DNA of 64,000 nucleotides, from assembly GCF_052425735.1 (NCBI RefSeq), contig NC_135770.1:8680001-8744000 (forward strand). The letters run 5' to 3'. Below the pieces are notes generated by a model, which saw only the letters and a list, made by a program, of their open reading frames with translations, did no database searches and was not told the DNA's origin. The position numbers and the translations under genes are program-made. Origin of the DNA: Oculina patagonica. Lineage: Eukaryota. Shown here piece by piece: positions 11,634-24,715 of this stretch; within the stretch, counting starts at the first letter, position 1; every line of letters begins with the position of its first letter.

Positions 11634-11702
11634 ATATATATATATATATTAGTTGATTTGCAGAACTGATGTCAGAGTGCTCAATAGAAAACTAGAGCAT
11701 AA

Positions 11703-11807
11703 ATATTAAAAGACGGTCTGATCAACTGAAGATACGACTTGGCATTTTATTTTTTTTTAATAAAATGCCAAGTCGTATCTTCAGTTGATCAGACCGTCTT
11801 TTAATAT
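11703..11807. repeat. Perfect 49-bp-arm palindrome with a 7-nt T loop
   Basis: 11703-11751 is the exact reverse complement of 11759-11807; followed by (TA)n. Confidence 0.95.
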
Positions 11808-12090
11808 ATATATATATATATATATATTGTTTTTCGATCCAGACTGAATATTCTTATTTTTCTGCCGATTTTAGGCTGAAAATATTCTTATGAACATTCT
11901 TAGATAATACTGTTTGACATTTCCGTTTTAGCATGTATTGGGGTATCAATTTATGTGCCGTTCTTCGAACTGTCATAAAGCATCGAACATTTGGTTAGTG
12001 CAAGTTTTTATCGATTTATTGGCTAGTTAAAAGTTTTGCCGTTTAGAGAAATATATGAATTTTTACGGTTCAGTAAATTAAACACGTACT

Positions 12091-12410
12091 TAATTTTATA
12101 CCATGCCATAGAAAATACAGCCAACCAGAATACAGGAAAGCCGTTGTATATTCGACGGTATTCAACCCAACCTTCCCATCGTGCGCTGTGATTGTCTTCT
12201 CGACGAAATTTAGTAAGCGTATTTTCTATGGCATGGTATAAAATAGTTACACAACACTTTCTAGTGGTATACTATGAAATATATCCCACTTGTCACTTGT
12301 ATTTTCTTGGTATACACACTCGCCTAAAGGCTCGTGTGTATACCGAGAAAATACAAGTGACTCGTGGGATATTTCAGAGTATACCACTCGAAAGCGTTGC
12401 ATAACTAGTA
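12091..12410. mobile_element. Double-hairpin non-autonomous element (possibly Crypton-derived)
   Basis: Inverted repeat TTTTATACCATGCCATAGAAAATAC / GTATTTTCTATGGCATGGTATAAAA, followed by a second long hairpin centred on CGCCTAAAGGCTCG. Confidence 0.55.
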
Positions 12411-12984
12411 TGTATTGTATTTACAAATTTTCAACTGAAAATTATATTCCGTCAAAATCTCAGCCTCGGGTTTATTCCTAACATATTCTTAAAAATTCGG
12501 AAAATTTCAGCCTCGATATTCTTATAGAATGTATATTTATAAAATAAAAAGTGTGTATTACATAACCACAAAAACCTGTTGTTATGTAACCTTTACGCAT
12601 GAGAACAACCTATTGATAGCTTCATTGCACTAGTATAGTAATTGTTAACAAAACTTTACCATTACTTTTTTTACATTGACGTAAATGTCTCTTGGCTTTT
12701 GACATTTTCAAAGTCACTGAGCTCAAGAGATTTACTGCCAGCGAAGACAGTGCTAGAATCGATGGCCGATCATGCTACAAGTTTTGCATAATAAGGCTGC
12801 ACGACACATTTGAAATCTCTTCCACGGAATTGCGTCACTCCACTGCAAGCCTTTACAACGGCGAAGCTGAGCAGTTTGCTGTTTTTACTATAAAGTCTGT
12901 TAATAACCTCTGAGTGAGCTCGTTTTACTGTTCGTATAATAGTAGTTTTCATAACTATAATACTAGATCATGAACTAAGCATAA

Positions 12985-13287
12985 TATCCGGAAGTCTTCT
13001 GCTTATAGGAGGGGCTTATATTCGGGAGGGCTTATCAGCGGAATGAAAAAAATAACGTTTCGAAACAAGCCACGGGAGTGTTGATCAAAATTTAAGTTAA
13101 AAACGCATAATAAAGCAACATTTAGCCCTGTTCAGTACTGTCATCCGGCAGAGGGGGGACTTATATCCGGGGGGGGGGGCTTATAATCGGAAGTGTTTTA
13201 TTTGTTTCCAGGTAGATGGGCCTATAACCGGATGGGCTTATAAGCGGGGGGTGGGGGGGGGGGGCTTATAACCGGAATTTTACGGTA
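12985..13287. mobile_element. Truncated Tc1/mariner-type MITE with repeated GGGCTTATA motifs
   Basis: Repeated GGGCTTATA units and a terminus ...CGGAATTTTACGG-TA. Confidence 0.6.
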
Positions 13288-13505
13288 TAGGGGTTGTCTA
13301 GCCTGAGTAATTGTTATCAAAAAAGTAGTGATTTCGTATTAATTTTGAAATCCAGATGCGTGTAAGGAGAGTGGAGAGTTTGTCAACTTTAAAATGCTGA
13401 TGTGCCATTAAATTCTTGAAACTAACAGTAAAAGAAATGCATAGCGATAAGTAGGAAGAATTAATTATTTGACCTTCGGATTAAAATAAACAGTAAAGCT
13501 GTTAA

Positions 13506-13876
13506 AGTGGCTATGTCACGCAATTTTAGGTTATTTTAGCACTGGCCAACTGGTCATTGAATTAACTGAAATATCACAATAACGGCTTAAAACTGTAGAA
13601 GAACTCAAAAGAAACACAGAAAGGCCAAAAAGCTGCATGGATGAGAAAAATTCGAGAAGATTTAATGGATTGCATTCAGGTCAACTTCGGCCCGACTTTT
13701 TTCAAGTTTATCTCAATTTGTTTGAAACTGTCATTTACAATGCTTGAAAATCAACCTTGTTTGTTATGTGGCCGTAATTTTGCCAATAAAAGGCTTTTGC
13801 TCTTCCAGTTGAAAGTTAAGAGCTCTTTATTAACGAAAATAAATAGAATTACCTAAAATACCGTGACCTAGCCCCT
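13506..13876. mobile_element. Kolobok-type non-autonomous element
   Basis: TTAA on both sides; imperfect TIR AGTGGCTATGTCACG / CGTGACCTAGCCCCT beginning with RR. Confidence 0.75.
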
Positions 13877-14196
13877 TTAACAGTTCCAGCTGGTGACCTC
13901 GCCAGGATCAAAGATAATGATAACTTCCGGTCATTAATTTCAAGTTCAACTGTCAACCTCGATTCCAGGGAACGAGGTTGTTCAACTGTGACAAAATACC
14001 GCGAAAGTCGAGATTTACTGGGACACCTGCGCTTTGTTGTATCCTCTGATTTTCTTTTCTTTTTCCCGATGTTAACTTGAAGCAAAAGGCAGATAATTAG
14101 TGAGATTCGTTCATTTACTCGTTTTATTTTTAAAGCAGTCCTTGGGTTGAGCGACAAGCTCGCTGTCTGCCATTAGAAATTAGACAAAGATCTTTA

Positions 14197-14511
14197 AGCC
14201 TGGTTCTCACATGATCGCCCCGATCAGCTGGTAGAGCGAAGACCTACGAAAAACAATCATTTTAGCCCTAGATCCAGCACAATGACAGCCTTCACTCGAA
14301 AAGTGCAAAACTTGTGGCCTCCTATCTTCTTAGCTATTGCAGTGGAATTTACGGTGAAGAACGGTAGTGAGAATCTAAAAGGATACAACGTGGGCGATCC
14401 AAGGGATCGTGATCGCCTCAATCGCGCCGCAGACGATGGCGATCATCTGTGTAATGTTCTCATATAAACACCCCGATCGCAAGAAAACCCTTTTTGAAGT
14501 GACAGAGGCGA
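14197..14511 (-). mobile_element. Truncated PIF/Harbinger-type MITE (same family as 37384-37823, opposite orientation)
   Basis: Terminus TTA|AGCCTGGTTCTCACATGATCGCCCCGATC; the internal sequence is the reverse complement of ~37420-37705. Confidence 0.8.
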
Positions 14512-15006
14512 GTACTGTAGCCGGCATAGCTGGCGCTTTTTGTTACCGCTTGTAAATTAAGAATTGACCTACTCGCAATTATTTAGTATCATGTTAGATA
14601 TCCCGGAAAAGGTTGATGAAAAAAAAATCGTGAAGGATTAGTTTTTATACGGACTATCATAGACCAAAGCGCATCCCGCAGGTTTGAAAAATAACGCAAT
14701 ACCACAATTTAAGATTTTATAGTTGTACCGAAATAGCTCGCATGAAAAGTTGCCCAATGTAACGCAAAACCGCAAACCCTAAATTCCCCCCCCCCCCCTT
14801 TGGCCTAATAAAATGAATGAAATACGACATAGACCAATTTCATGTCCGCATGAACGATGTGTCCGTAAAGAGACAGTTTACTGTATAATCAGTGGGCCAC
14901 TTTAGAAATGCACAATTTTTGAAAGTTACTCGACGTTTTGACTATCGTGTTTCGTTGGGCAAACTGCAAAATTTGGAATGAACGTACGTGGCTAGCTTTT
15001 CTCTTA

Positions 15007-15585
15007 AGGCTGGTTCACATGATCGTCCCGATCGTCTCTGTCGCTTCAAAAGTTTGCGGACGGGGCGACAGAGAACATACAGAGACGATCGCACGTCTGC
15101 AACGACGGGGCGACGCGATCGCTTCGATCGCCCGGTCATGGACGATCGCGCAGACCGCGGCGATCGCGAACGAATATGAGAACTACTGCCACAGAGGGAG
15201 ACGATCGAAGCGATCTGTCCCATGGTGCATCGGATTACCCAGAACTACGTTTCCGTTTGGCCTCCGTTCGCCGTAAACGGCACAGAGAAGATAAGAGGCC
15301 ACGAGGTTTGCCGCATCGAAGGCTGCCATAAGCGAATCGGAGTTTGAAAAAAAAAAACATACGTGTGTCGATCGGAAAAAATCGAATATTCATATGCGGG
15401 AACAAAGAAAAGATCATAAATTTTATTTTTTTGATTAACCCTATTTTGCATATACCAGACGATCGGGGCGATCATATGAGAACCCCCTGATCGCTTCCAA
15501 TCGCTTCGACGCCTACGATCGCCTCAGAATTTGCAAACGACAGAAGCGACAGAGACGATCGGGGCGATCATATGAGAACCAGCCT
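15007..15585. mobile_element. PIF/Harbinger-type MITE
   Basis: TTA TSD; TIR AGGCTGGTTC..CATGATCGTCCCGATCGTCTCTGTCGCTTC; many internal CGATCG repeats. Confidence 0.85.
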
Positions 15586-17242
15586 TTAGGATCCGGGAAT
15601 TAATATATTTAAAAAAATTTACCAAAAAGTTTATACAGTACTATATAAAAAATGTTGTGCGTAAAACTTTATTCCCGTTAGGATCCCAAGGAATTACGAG
15701 AACAATTTCATAAACATTCGCCACGATTGCACTTACTCCCCCCACCCCCACCCCCCCCCCCCCCCGTCGTTAAAGAGTCTCGCCAGTTGCCTGCACTGAT
15801 TTCGAAACTAATTTGTATCTCGTTAGAGCTTTCATTATAAGTGTTTCCAGTCACTCAGTTATTTACACAAGCATACTTGAGTTCAATTATGCAAATGTGA
15901 AACCAATGTCAACCAAAGATTACTTGCGAAACACGCAACTAAACCCAGAACAAAAAAAAAACGAACTATGCTCATTTCTATCGCCGAAATAATTTCGCTT
16001 TTCTATTTCTATTATCGGTTAGAAGTTTCCGTCTGATTCTCTTTGACAACAACATTCGAATTCTTGATGTAAGCGCGTTAGCTTTTTATTAAACATTTCC
16101 GAAACACAGCAATTTAAGATTCGTTTCCCAGCGTTTTAAAGTAAACATAAACGAAATTGCGCTAGGAAACACACGAAGAATAACAAAACACAGACAAACA
16201 ACTCATTCAAAATCCATCTTCCTAAACGCAGTTCCACAAAGAAAAGCTACTCGAATAAGGTTAAACTACAATCAATAAATTTCTTGATGCTCGTTGAGAA
16301 GAAAGAGTAGTTTTCACTCAAACATTGATTAATTTTTCATCAAAAATTGTTTGTAAACAGAATGCTGAATGCTCGATTACTTTCCTAGTTTCATTTTACT
16401 GTGTTCGCGCCGCGCTAACAAAGCCAGAAAATTTGTTTGAGAGCGAATCGACGTTTCCTTGGGAACTGGTTAACTTACTTCCTCGAAGCTCTTGAGTTTG
16501 AAAGGTTCTTTGGCGATTTTGTTGTACTAGCGAATTAGTGTCAAGCGACTCGTGTAGAAAATCTTGTAACTGCGATTTTTGTGGTCCGGAACTTGACACT
16601 TCTATTCAGAGATACAATCAAAATAAACTTTGAGTATTGAATAGTGTAATTCGCAGTTTTCACTTTATTTATAATATTAAACCGTAACTTAAGTTGTTCT
16701 TAAACATCTACATCCCACAATGTGTTCCATGTCTCTTTTTCTATGTCTTGGGGATTAAATCTCGCCATGTTGCCGGGATTATTAGTCTAGCTAAAATGAC
16801 AACCATAATTCAAAAGCGTAGCAACTGCTCACGGCTCCATAACAAATGATCGTTTTTATCTTTCAAGATAAGTTTTCGATATAAGTGTCCTTGAGAGATC
16901 CGATCAAAGATACGCGAAACTCAAACTAAATGTTTCTTTCGCCGGCTTGCGTAGGGGCTCCGTCGAGTGGACTTGGTGTCTCGCGTGATAAACTCGCATA
17001 AACTACGGAAGTCATCAAGTGCTTCGCTGTTGGAGTCAGCCTCTTGTGCTATCTCTTGGTGGGCTTTTTTGTAAGGTACGTAGAAATATGACCTTAAATA
17101 GGGCAACGAGCAGCGTGAAAACAGCGCGATGATTCCCATATGGAGAACACATTTACCGCAAGTTAAAACCAGCTCGAGGTCGAATTCAAGCGCGAACGTT
17201 TTCCCCGACGAACTCCTCCGCTCGATTTCTATTACAATAGGG

Positions 17243-17770
17243 TTAATCTTCCCAGAGTTTCGGTGATCCCGGTTTAGGACAAGAGGGGCGCTCTGGAAGA
17301 TCAGGACAAGGGCTTGAGGGGATTTCAAGGGGTGGTAGTGTTCGCTGGGGTCGATGTCGCTCGTACTTTGAATAGGATAAGCTTCGTTCATCCCTCCATG
17401 TAAACGGAGGAACGTAAATCTCTTTTTTGGGCGAAGGAAGTATATTACTGTTCGTATCTGTTCTAGGCGTCCATAAAAAGTTCGAGTCACTGACCAACTC
17501 TTTGTTAAGTTCACTGTCCGAATTAAGGAAGCGCGAAGCTTCGAGCGATTGTGTTATGAACGTTCCATTTGTTACACTTGCTCTCTCACAAGCTGTTGAT
17601 TGTGTCGTGTTATTACTACCGCTTCCTATAGCTGGCAAAGGAGTTCTTTGTTGAATTTGAGGCGCTGAGATGCGTTCGTGAAACTCCTTCTCTTGTCGAA
17701 GCAATCTTAGCAATGCCTCGGCCTCAGCGTCCTTCACTCTGCCTCGCATAGGAATCTTGGCGCTCTCCAT
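17243..17770 (-). CDS. Orphan protein, 175 aa, paralogue of 33541..34218
   Basis: ATG at 17770 in a GCCATGG context; GC-rich island. Shares IP.R....D.E..A.LRL, LP.(I/L) and DL..RPS.P.P motifs with the 33541 ORF. Confidence 0.75.
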   Translation of the reverse strand: MESAKIPMRGRVKDAEAEALLRLLRQEKEFHERISAPQIQQRTPLPAIGSGSNNTTQSTACERASVTNGTFITQSLEASRFLNSDSELNKELVSDSNFLWTPRTDTNSNILPSPKKEIYVPPFTWRDERSLSYSKYERHRPQRTLPPLEIPSSPCPDLPERPSCPKPGSPKLWED

Positions 17771-20729
17771 GGCAGTGTTCGGCGAAGAACGAGATAGCAA
17801 CAATTTTTTTCACGCCCTTGCCTTAAAAACCAGTCTTGTGCTCTCCTTTACACTAAGCGGATCTTCTTGGCTTTCCAACTGTCGCTTCCATGAGGGTCAA
17901 AATCCCATCCTTGACGCTTGCATTTGACGGGACGTTTTCACAAGCACTAGCTAATCACGAACTCGTCACGGTGGCTCCCAAGGCAGCTAAATTGAATCAA
18001 CAATCTTAAGAAAACATCGGGATTTGGCTGTTAAATGCGCGCGCTATTGATCTCTGACATGAGCTGTCAGCCTTGCCTCGCCATTGGCGCAAGATAATTG
18101 TGTGTTTTAGTCGCAATTAATATTCCTGTTCAAAACTCTTCACAAAAGAAATGGCAAATAACTTTTTAATGAAAACGCGCTGCAAAAGTCAATAGAGACA
18201 AAGTTGCGAGCTCGAGCCTTTATCCCGGCCTTTGTTTCGCACTGTGTTAGCTGTCAGAACCAAAATGACAGCACCGCTCGGTGCTGAGTCAACAGATTAA
18301 AAGAGTATTATTTTCACTGACAAATTCTGAAGTAACCTCGCGTGCATGTTGGATATTTCAGTTTCATACAGCGAGGACTGAGAAAATGAGCAAATCGTAG
18401 CAACGGAATCTAGGGAAGACATTTGAAAAAGTGGAACAAGGACACATCGCTCCTGACACTGCAAAATCAAAGGTAAGATTTTTTGGCCTTCTTTTTATCA
18501 TGAAACAGTGAAAGATAGTGACCATTAAGAGGGAAAAGAAGGCGAGAAAAATATTGGGCGTCTCTTCAACGAAACTGAAGCATCTAATTCGAGGGCTTGC
18601 TCAATAATCTTTGCGGCTAAACAAGAATTAACCGCTGCCTGTTCTCATAATGCAAAGCTGTCAGCGCTAATCTGGGAAAAGTCTTGTAAGGTAAAGTTAA
18701 AGCTGCTCGCAATATTCGGTGGTCTACAATTTTGACATCTCGAGTCTGCTGTATTGTTTTCGTGGCAGTAAGAATACTGTGTCTTAATTCTTGTCAAAAA
18801 GTCTCGACATAGTTTGCTCAGAATCTCGACTGAGACTCTATACAGAGTCGTTCTGAACAACATAGCTACTGTGTTTGATTTAATTCCAACCTACTTAGTT
18901 ACCCCAAACTTTAAAGCGATTGCCTTTTATCATAGCTTCCTTAAATATTTCGTTCGATTTTAAATAAGATCGCTACAGACAATTTTCACAGGCAGAACAA
19001 ATGGTTGTAGTCGACTGTTGTTTCAAACTGACATACGGTGAAGAACTGACAAAAAAATGGCCGACACCAAAATACTCCTGTAAATTTCCTACAATAATTG
19101 CAATAATGAACAACTAATCGAAAAATACTGATATAATTACATCACTTATTGGCCCGAGGGCAATTTTTAATAAAGATGTTTTAAATTAAGATAAACCATA
19201 GAATTTTTGCAAGAAAAGTAAAACTTTATAACGGCTTTTAAGCATAAAAAACATAAAACATAATAAATACATTCGTGAAAAAAGTGAAAAATTTCTGGAT
19301 CAACGCAATTGAAAGCTGTTTTAAACCTTTCTTGACCTTTATTTTTTTCAAATCACGTTTTTGAAAAGTCCTAATGAATTTTATAGTTGCTAATTTTACG
19401 GGAAGGTAAACCATTGTTTGAAATCACATCCGTTAAATTGTGTTAGTACTCGAGTGTAAATTAAAAACGAAACGGACATTAAATGAATCGTCCCGAAAGC
19501 GACGATAGTTAATTTGAAAACGACAGAGTATGATTTTATAAAAGGTTGTGTTTGACACGCAGCATGTATAAAATGAAAGGTCAAGAATTGATAGTACGTT
19601 TCAACAATGAAGAGCTTTAAACTTCTCGATGTTATCAATCTGTTCAATCGACCTCGCGTGAATGATGAACAGTTGTATTTTCAATTAAGTCCCCCTAATG
19701 CAAGTTCCGCCTGCAAAAGTAATTAAAAGACAACTTGTGGGTCAAACACAGCGAGATGGGATGCGAAACTGAAGCATTCAAAGGCGACATAAACTTCCGT
19801 TTCATTCAGAGATTTCTCAAGAGCGATCTTTAAATAAATAGATTCAAGCATGTGCTTCCTTCCAGGCGAGCTTAACTTTGCAATGCGAATACAATGACAT
19901 GGGCTTCTCTCGTTGTCATAGAAACAAAAACAAACTGAACAACGGACTTTGAGGAAACAGATCCACAATGCAAAAACAAGTAAAAATTTTCAATGCATGA
20001 CTCCCCAGCCGAGCGATAACTGACCGAATTCTGCATGAGCTTTGAAGGAAATATTGTTGTTCAGGCCCTTCTCAAAGACATTCAGTATTTTTTTAGTGCA
20101 GATTATTGGTAGCACTTGTTGGCAGCGCTATGTTTCCAATTTACATGGGATAACCTTATTTGGAACTTTCCCACGCTCTCAAGTTTAGATGACAAAACGT
20201 TACAGTGCAGAAAAATAAACTTTAGAAGGATTCCATAGAATTTGTATTATTTTCAATCAAAACAACGCCATGAATATAGCCCATCAGATTGTGCCTCAAC
20301 CTATGCCGGGAAATGGAGGAACAACATTTAGAAGCTATTATTCAGTGCTATGTTTTTGCTGCTTTTGTTGTTGTTTTGTTTAACAGTTTTTAGTTTCATA
20401 AATTCGTGCAATCACAACAACGGCTGTCGAGGGTTATAATGTTATTTTTTTTTTCACTTTTTAAATTTGAAGAATGACCAACCGTTAATTAGTTTTTACA
20501 ATATCAACGACGTAAAAGTCGTCTCGTTTTGTGACGAGATTAAACAAATCATCAACAAGCTAAGAGAACTAGGGACGATAGCCTTGTTGCAATGAAATGA
20601 GAACGGCGGGCGAACTGGGTTATTGCGTTGGACTTTAGATCGATCGCTTTGTTGACAGTGGAGTAAATACAATAAATAAATATATTTTTATTTTCGTGGG
20701 GGGTTTGGTAAGAGAAAATAATTTTAACC

Positions 20730-20915
20730 AGTCATTGTGTTGTGTTCTTAATTCGGCAAGACTTCACTCTTGCAGCGCCTCTCTCCACCAGGGTATTAAT
20801 CCAGGTATCCTGCAATGGACTAGCATACCAACCGTGAAGTGGGGAGGGGGAGGAGGAGGGAGGAGGGGGGGGTGAGAGAGAGTAGCAATACTTCTAGTCA
20901 CTCTACGCTACAGAA
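20730..20915 (+). mobile_element. Degenerate SINE fragment
   Basis: GTGTTGTGTTCTT..GGCAAGAC..CACTCT..GCGCCTCTCTCCACCAGG core; a related copy lies at 54430-54580. Confidence 0.55.
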
Positions 20916-23900
20916 AGCACAGCAAGAATCGGGAACGGCTCGGTTGAGTTCAAAATATAACGACCCGTCTCAGCATATTTGCACAAAAAATGTTACCAAG
21001 TTAGTTTTCAATAAATTTTACTCAATAACATTGAAGGTTGACTGAAAAATGTATGCTAAATCCTTTGAATATTCTTAAGATATTTCAAACTTAGGACCGA
21101 AAAAGGAGTTACAATTTTTTGTGTACAAAAATAATATATTTTAAGACGAGATTACTTTAAGTCTTAACCATATTGTAAGTTTAATAACTCTGTGAAAAAG
21201 AGATGACATTTTTCAATCGAAAGTCAAAATTAAATAAGAAGGGAAGAAAAAAGCTGTCAGTTCAAAGGAGATTAGACTTTTACAGCCAGGATAGAGCCAG
21301 CTGCTTTCCTTTAGAGCTAATTCAAAGGAAGAAATACTCTTTCCCTTTTACTGGTATAATTTCAGTAAACAAGCCGTTTTCTTAGGCCGTTAATGAAACT
21401 CTTCCTAACAGACTAAACTTTACTGCGAAGTTAACCGCGTGCATGAGAGGAATTCATTCAGAGTTTTCATGTTCCTTTTCTAAGTTTATTAAAACCCGAC
21501 AGCTGTTTGGGGCTTAATATCTTTTCCGCGCATTAATTCAGTGTTGCTAAAGATTGGAAAACAGGATCAACTGCTAACAGAGACGAACAGTTATACGAAT
21601 CTTTCAGGTAAAACTAAGTAATTATTATTTTGGTTTGCTTCCTTTTAACTACTCGTATTTATACTCATCGTCGGCACTCACAAAACTACGCTTGGAAAAG
21701 CAACAAAAACCCTAGGTATTTGGCGTGAAGCAGTTGAACATCCTGTCTAAAGACGCTTTATTAAAATGTTGCTGCTGTAGTGAAGGCAGGATGTGTGAAC
21801 AAAAATAAACGAGAAACACTCATCTCTAGAAAAAGCGGGCTTAAAAAGGTTCGATTGCCAAACTAGAAGCCAGAGAGCGTTTCTGCATTTAAAAGTACGT
21901 ATACTCGCGTGAACTAAATAGAATTGTCCCTTGCAGTTGACATTACAGTATACATTGTCCCAAATAAGTCCGATAACTTTAACAGCGATCGACACCTTCT
22001 TTTTCCTCCAAATATTAGTGCGAAATCGACTACACAGATCACGATAATTATGTATTCGATCACCATGAGGAAATTGTCTTCACATAATAACGAAATTCTC
22101 CCAACTGGTTCATTAAAGATGTGCGGAGACCTGTAGGGAGAATTTGTATTTAGAAAGCATTGTGTAAGGAGATATCAAACTTTTAATACTGAAAACACTT
22201 CCTGTATTTTACATTGACAATGAAAAAAGACTTGTTTGGTTGTGTGACGACTAATAACCTCTGTCGCTTTTTGAATAGTCAGACATAGTTTATTCGAGAA
22301 CATTTAAATACTGAGCGGCTTTTTGTGTATTACTATTAAAACCAGACGTTCCTCAAAGCAGCTCACCTGATTTAGTTCGTTTCATAAGGTTGTTAAATTG
22401 GGGTAGACAGATCTGCCGAATCCGCGATCCTCCATATTTTCGAAATCCGCGAATACGTTCAATTTATCAGAAAAGTCTGCAGTGCGTGTCGTGAGCATTT
22501 TAGGTCAAATTCAACAATTATTAGACTACGAGCCCGAGTTTTCTATGATTGAATACTCAACGAGTGAATTTACATTTTGATTACAGACGATAAATGAGTG
22601 ATTTTATTCCATTTTTCTTGCAGTATTTTCTAAAAGGACTAGAAACCATTTTCTTAGAGTTTTTATATATCGAGTTCTAAAAACACTCGTGAAATAAGTT
22701 TTGAATTACTCCAAAAAGCTGTGGCTCGTGTTTCCAAAAGGGTTTAGGGTTCAGGGCAAATTTCATTAGGGTTTCCAATAGAAACACGAAATATGTTTCT
22801 ACGTTTTTTAATTTGAATTATAAACGATTTTGTTGTCAATTATAACTTCATCCAAATTATTTCATTTCACCACAAATATTAACGGCCCAGCAAGGAAGCC
22901 ATTGCTAAAATCGTGCTCTAATTGACAGCTGAATGCAAGCTACTTGTAGGCACGTAGTAAAAATTGTGGTGCTACTGAGGCCGCGCCGCATTCGGAAGTT
23001 TGACATTAAAAATAAACCTCAGACAGGTTTTTTGTTTGCTGAAGAAGTTAATTATGTTTGTTAGTATTGTTTTGTACCCAGTAAAAAGGCCTCTTGAGAT
23101 TAAAAATGCAAATTAAAAGCTCGTACACTTCAAATATTTAAAATCACCACTCGAGACAAACAGAAAAAGGTGTTAACGACTTTCGGCATAAGGTGTTACC
23201 GGCAAAACAGAATTTATCGTTGATGTGTGCCGCAAAGAGAACGATTAAGAATAAATTCGAAATTTCTACACGTTTTAAATGCATCAAAGCAAGGAAAACC
23301 CGTGCTAGATATCTCAAAGTAAAACGTTTTTTAATAGACCCTAAAAATACTTTGCTGATCATTAGATATTCTTATTGCTGTTTGTGTAAAATAAGGTCAA
23401 AATATTGATATTGCAATATCACGACAAACGCCCGGGAAAAATTTAATAAAGTAGCGACCAATTTTACGCGGTTTTAAAAAGGATTAACTTTAATTACTCG
23501 GTGCAGGTGTATTTTTAAAGCGGTAAGCTTTGTTTTGCTGCAGCGAGAGAAAGCACTCGTTGCATAAATTGTCTTAGTTTCGTCTTAAAGCGAATACCTA
23601 AAGGAAGTTTTGTGGAAAGTGAAAATTCTATTTTGGATTTTTAACTCCGTCCGTCGACAAAAAGACCATAACGGTAAGTTTAACATGTGTTTTGGTTACA
23701 TCTAAGACGCTCACTGCCTTGTACTGATTGTCTTTAGAGTCCTTCAGTAACATAGATTTTATTGATAACTAGCTGCAGTTATAAGAGGACGTGTCTGAAA
23801 GCAGACAATTTTAATGGTACAATTACTAAGATAGTATGATACCTATCAAGAACAGTGGATAAAATTAACTTTGAAGGGCTCTTTGGACTTATGATACCAA

Positions 23901-24535
23901 ACCTTAATCTCCAAATGGCGATATCAAAGACGGAGTGAAGTGGATGAGTACGATTTTTGAAACAGTTTAAAATTCAGCCGGCAATAGTAAACAACTCCTA
24001 ACTTTTTCAATTGGCCATTGTACCATTGCAAGCATTTTGATTCTGAGTTCGTATGCCAACAAACCACTTTAACATACGTTTTAGGTTTTCCGGTAAAAAA
24101 GTACTCAAATATGACAGAATGGATTTCAAGTAAAGTTTAATTAATTTGACTGATTAGCAACAGTTTTAGTTTTGAAGTAGAACTGAAAATTACTAATTTG
24201 GTTTATCCTATGCGCCGCTATCTGACTTATAATGGCTGAATTAAAAAGTATTGCTACCAATAACCGATGTTTGTGGATGAAATTTCACCACTTAATGAAT
24301 AGTAAACGTGCTAATGAAGAAAAAGGATCCGAATAAGCTTGTTCACGAGTCATTTTTTTTTTGTTTTCCTTGAAAAGAACAGGATACGCTACAAAAAGGC
24401 AACGATATTTTTTTTTTAATTTTTAAAACTTGGCCCATCTTGTGTAATAAAACGGCATTATGTCTTTTCAGTCCCTGTTCAGAAGCGAATACTGCATACG
24501 AAATTGACCAAGCTGGTGATTTTCGGCAAAAGCGC

Positions 24536-24548
24536 GTTGCTAAGTAAC
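24536..24548. promoter_or_regulatory. RFX X-box-like motif
   Basis: GTTGCTAAGTAAC matches the GTTNCY-N-RGYAAC X-box pattern closely. Confidence 0.35.
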
Positions 24549-24715
24549 GGACAACGTATACAAATGGCGGAAATCGAATGTGATAACTTTGTTAGTAATG
24601 CACGTGCTAAAAGCTCTTTCAATAAATTATACTGAATGTTGAAAGAGGAAGCCACATAATCCCAAGCTGGGTTTTAAGAGTGTCCTCTATCTAAGGTCTA
24701 GAAAAAAGATATTAA

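Noticed and set aside
11715-11800. CTGAAGA in the perfect palindrome as a possible hammerhead core
   Set aside because: No correctly placed GAAA or UH motif, and the core would be sequestered in the stem.
14938-15475. Several overlapping GC-rich ORFs
   Set aside because: They fall inside a Harbinger-type MITE whose CGATCG repeats suppress stop codons.
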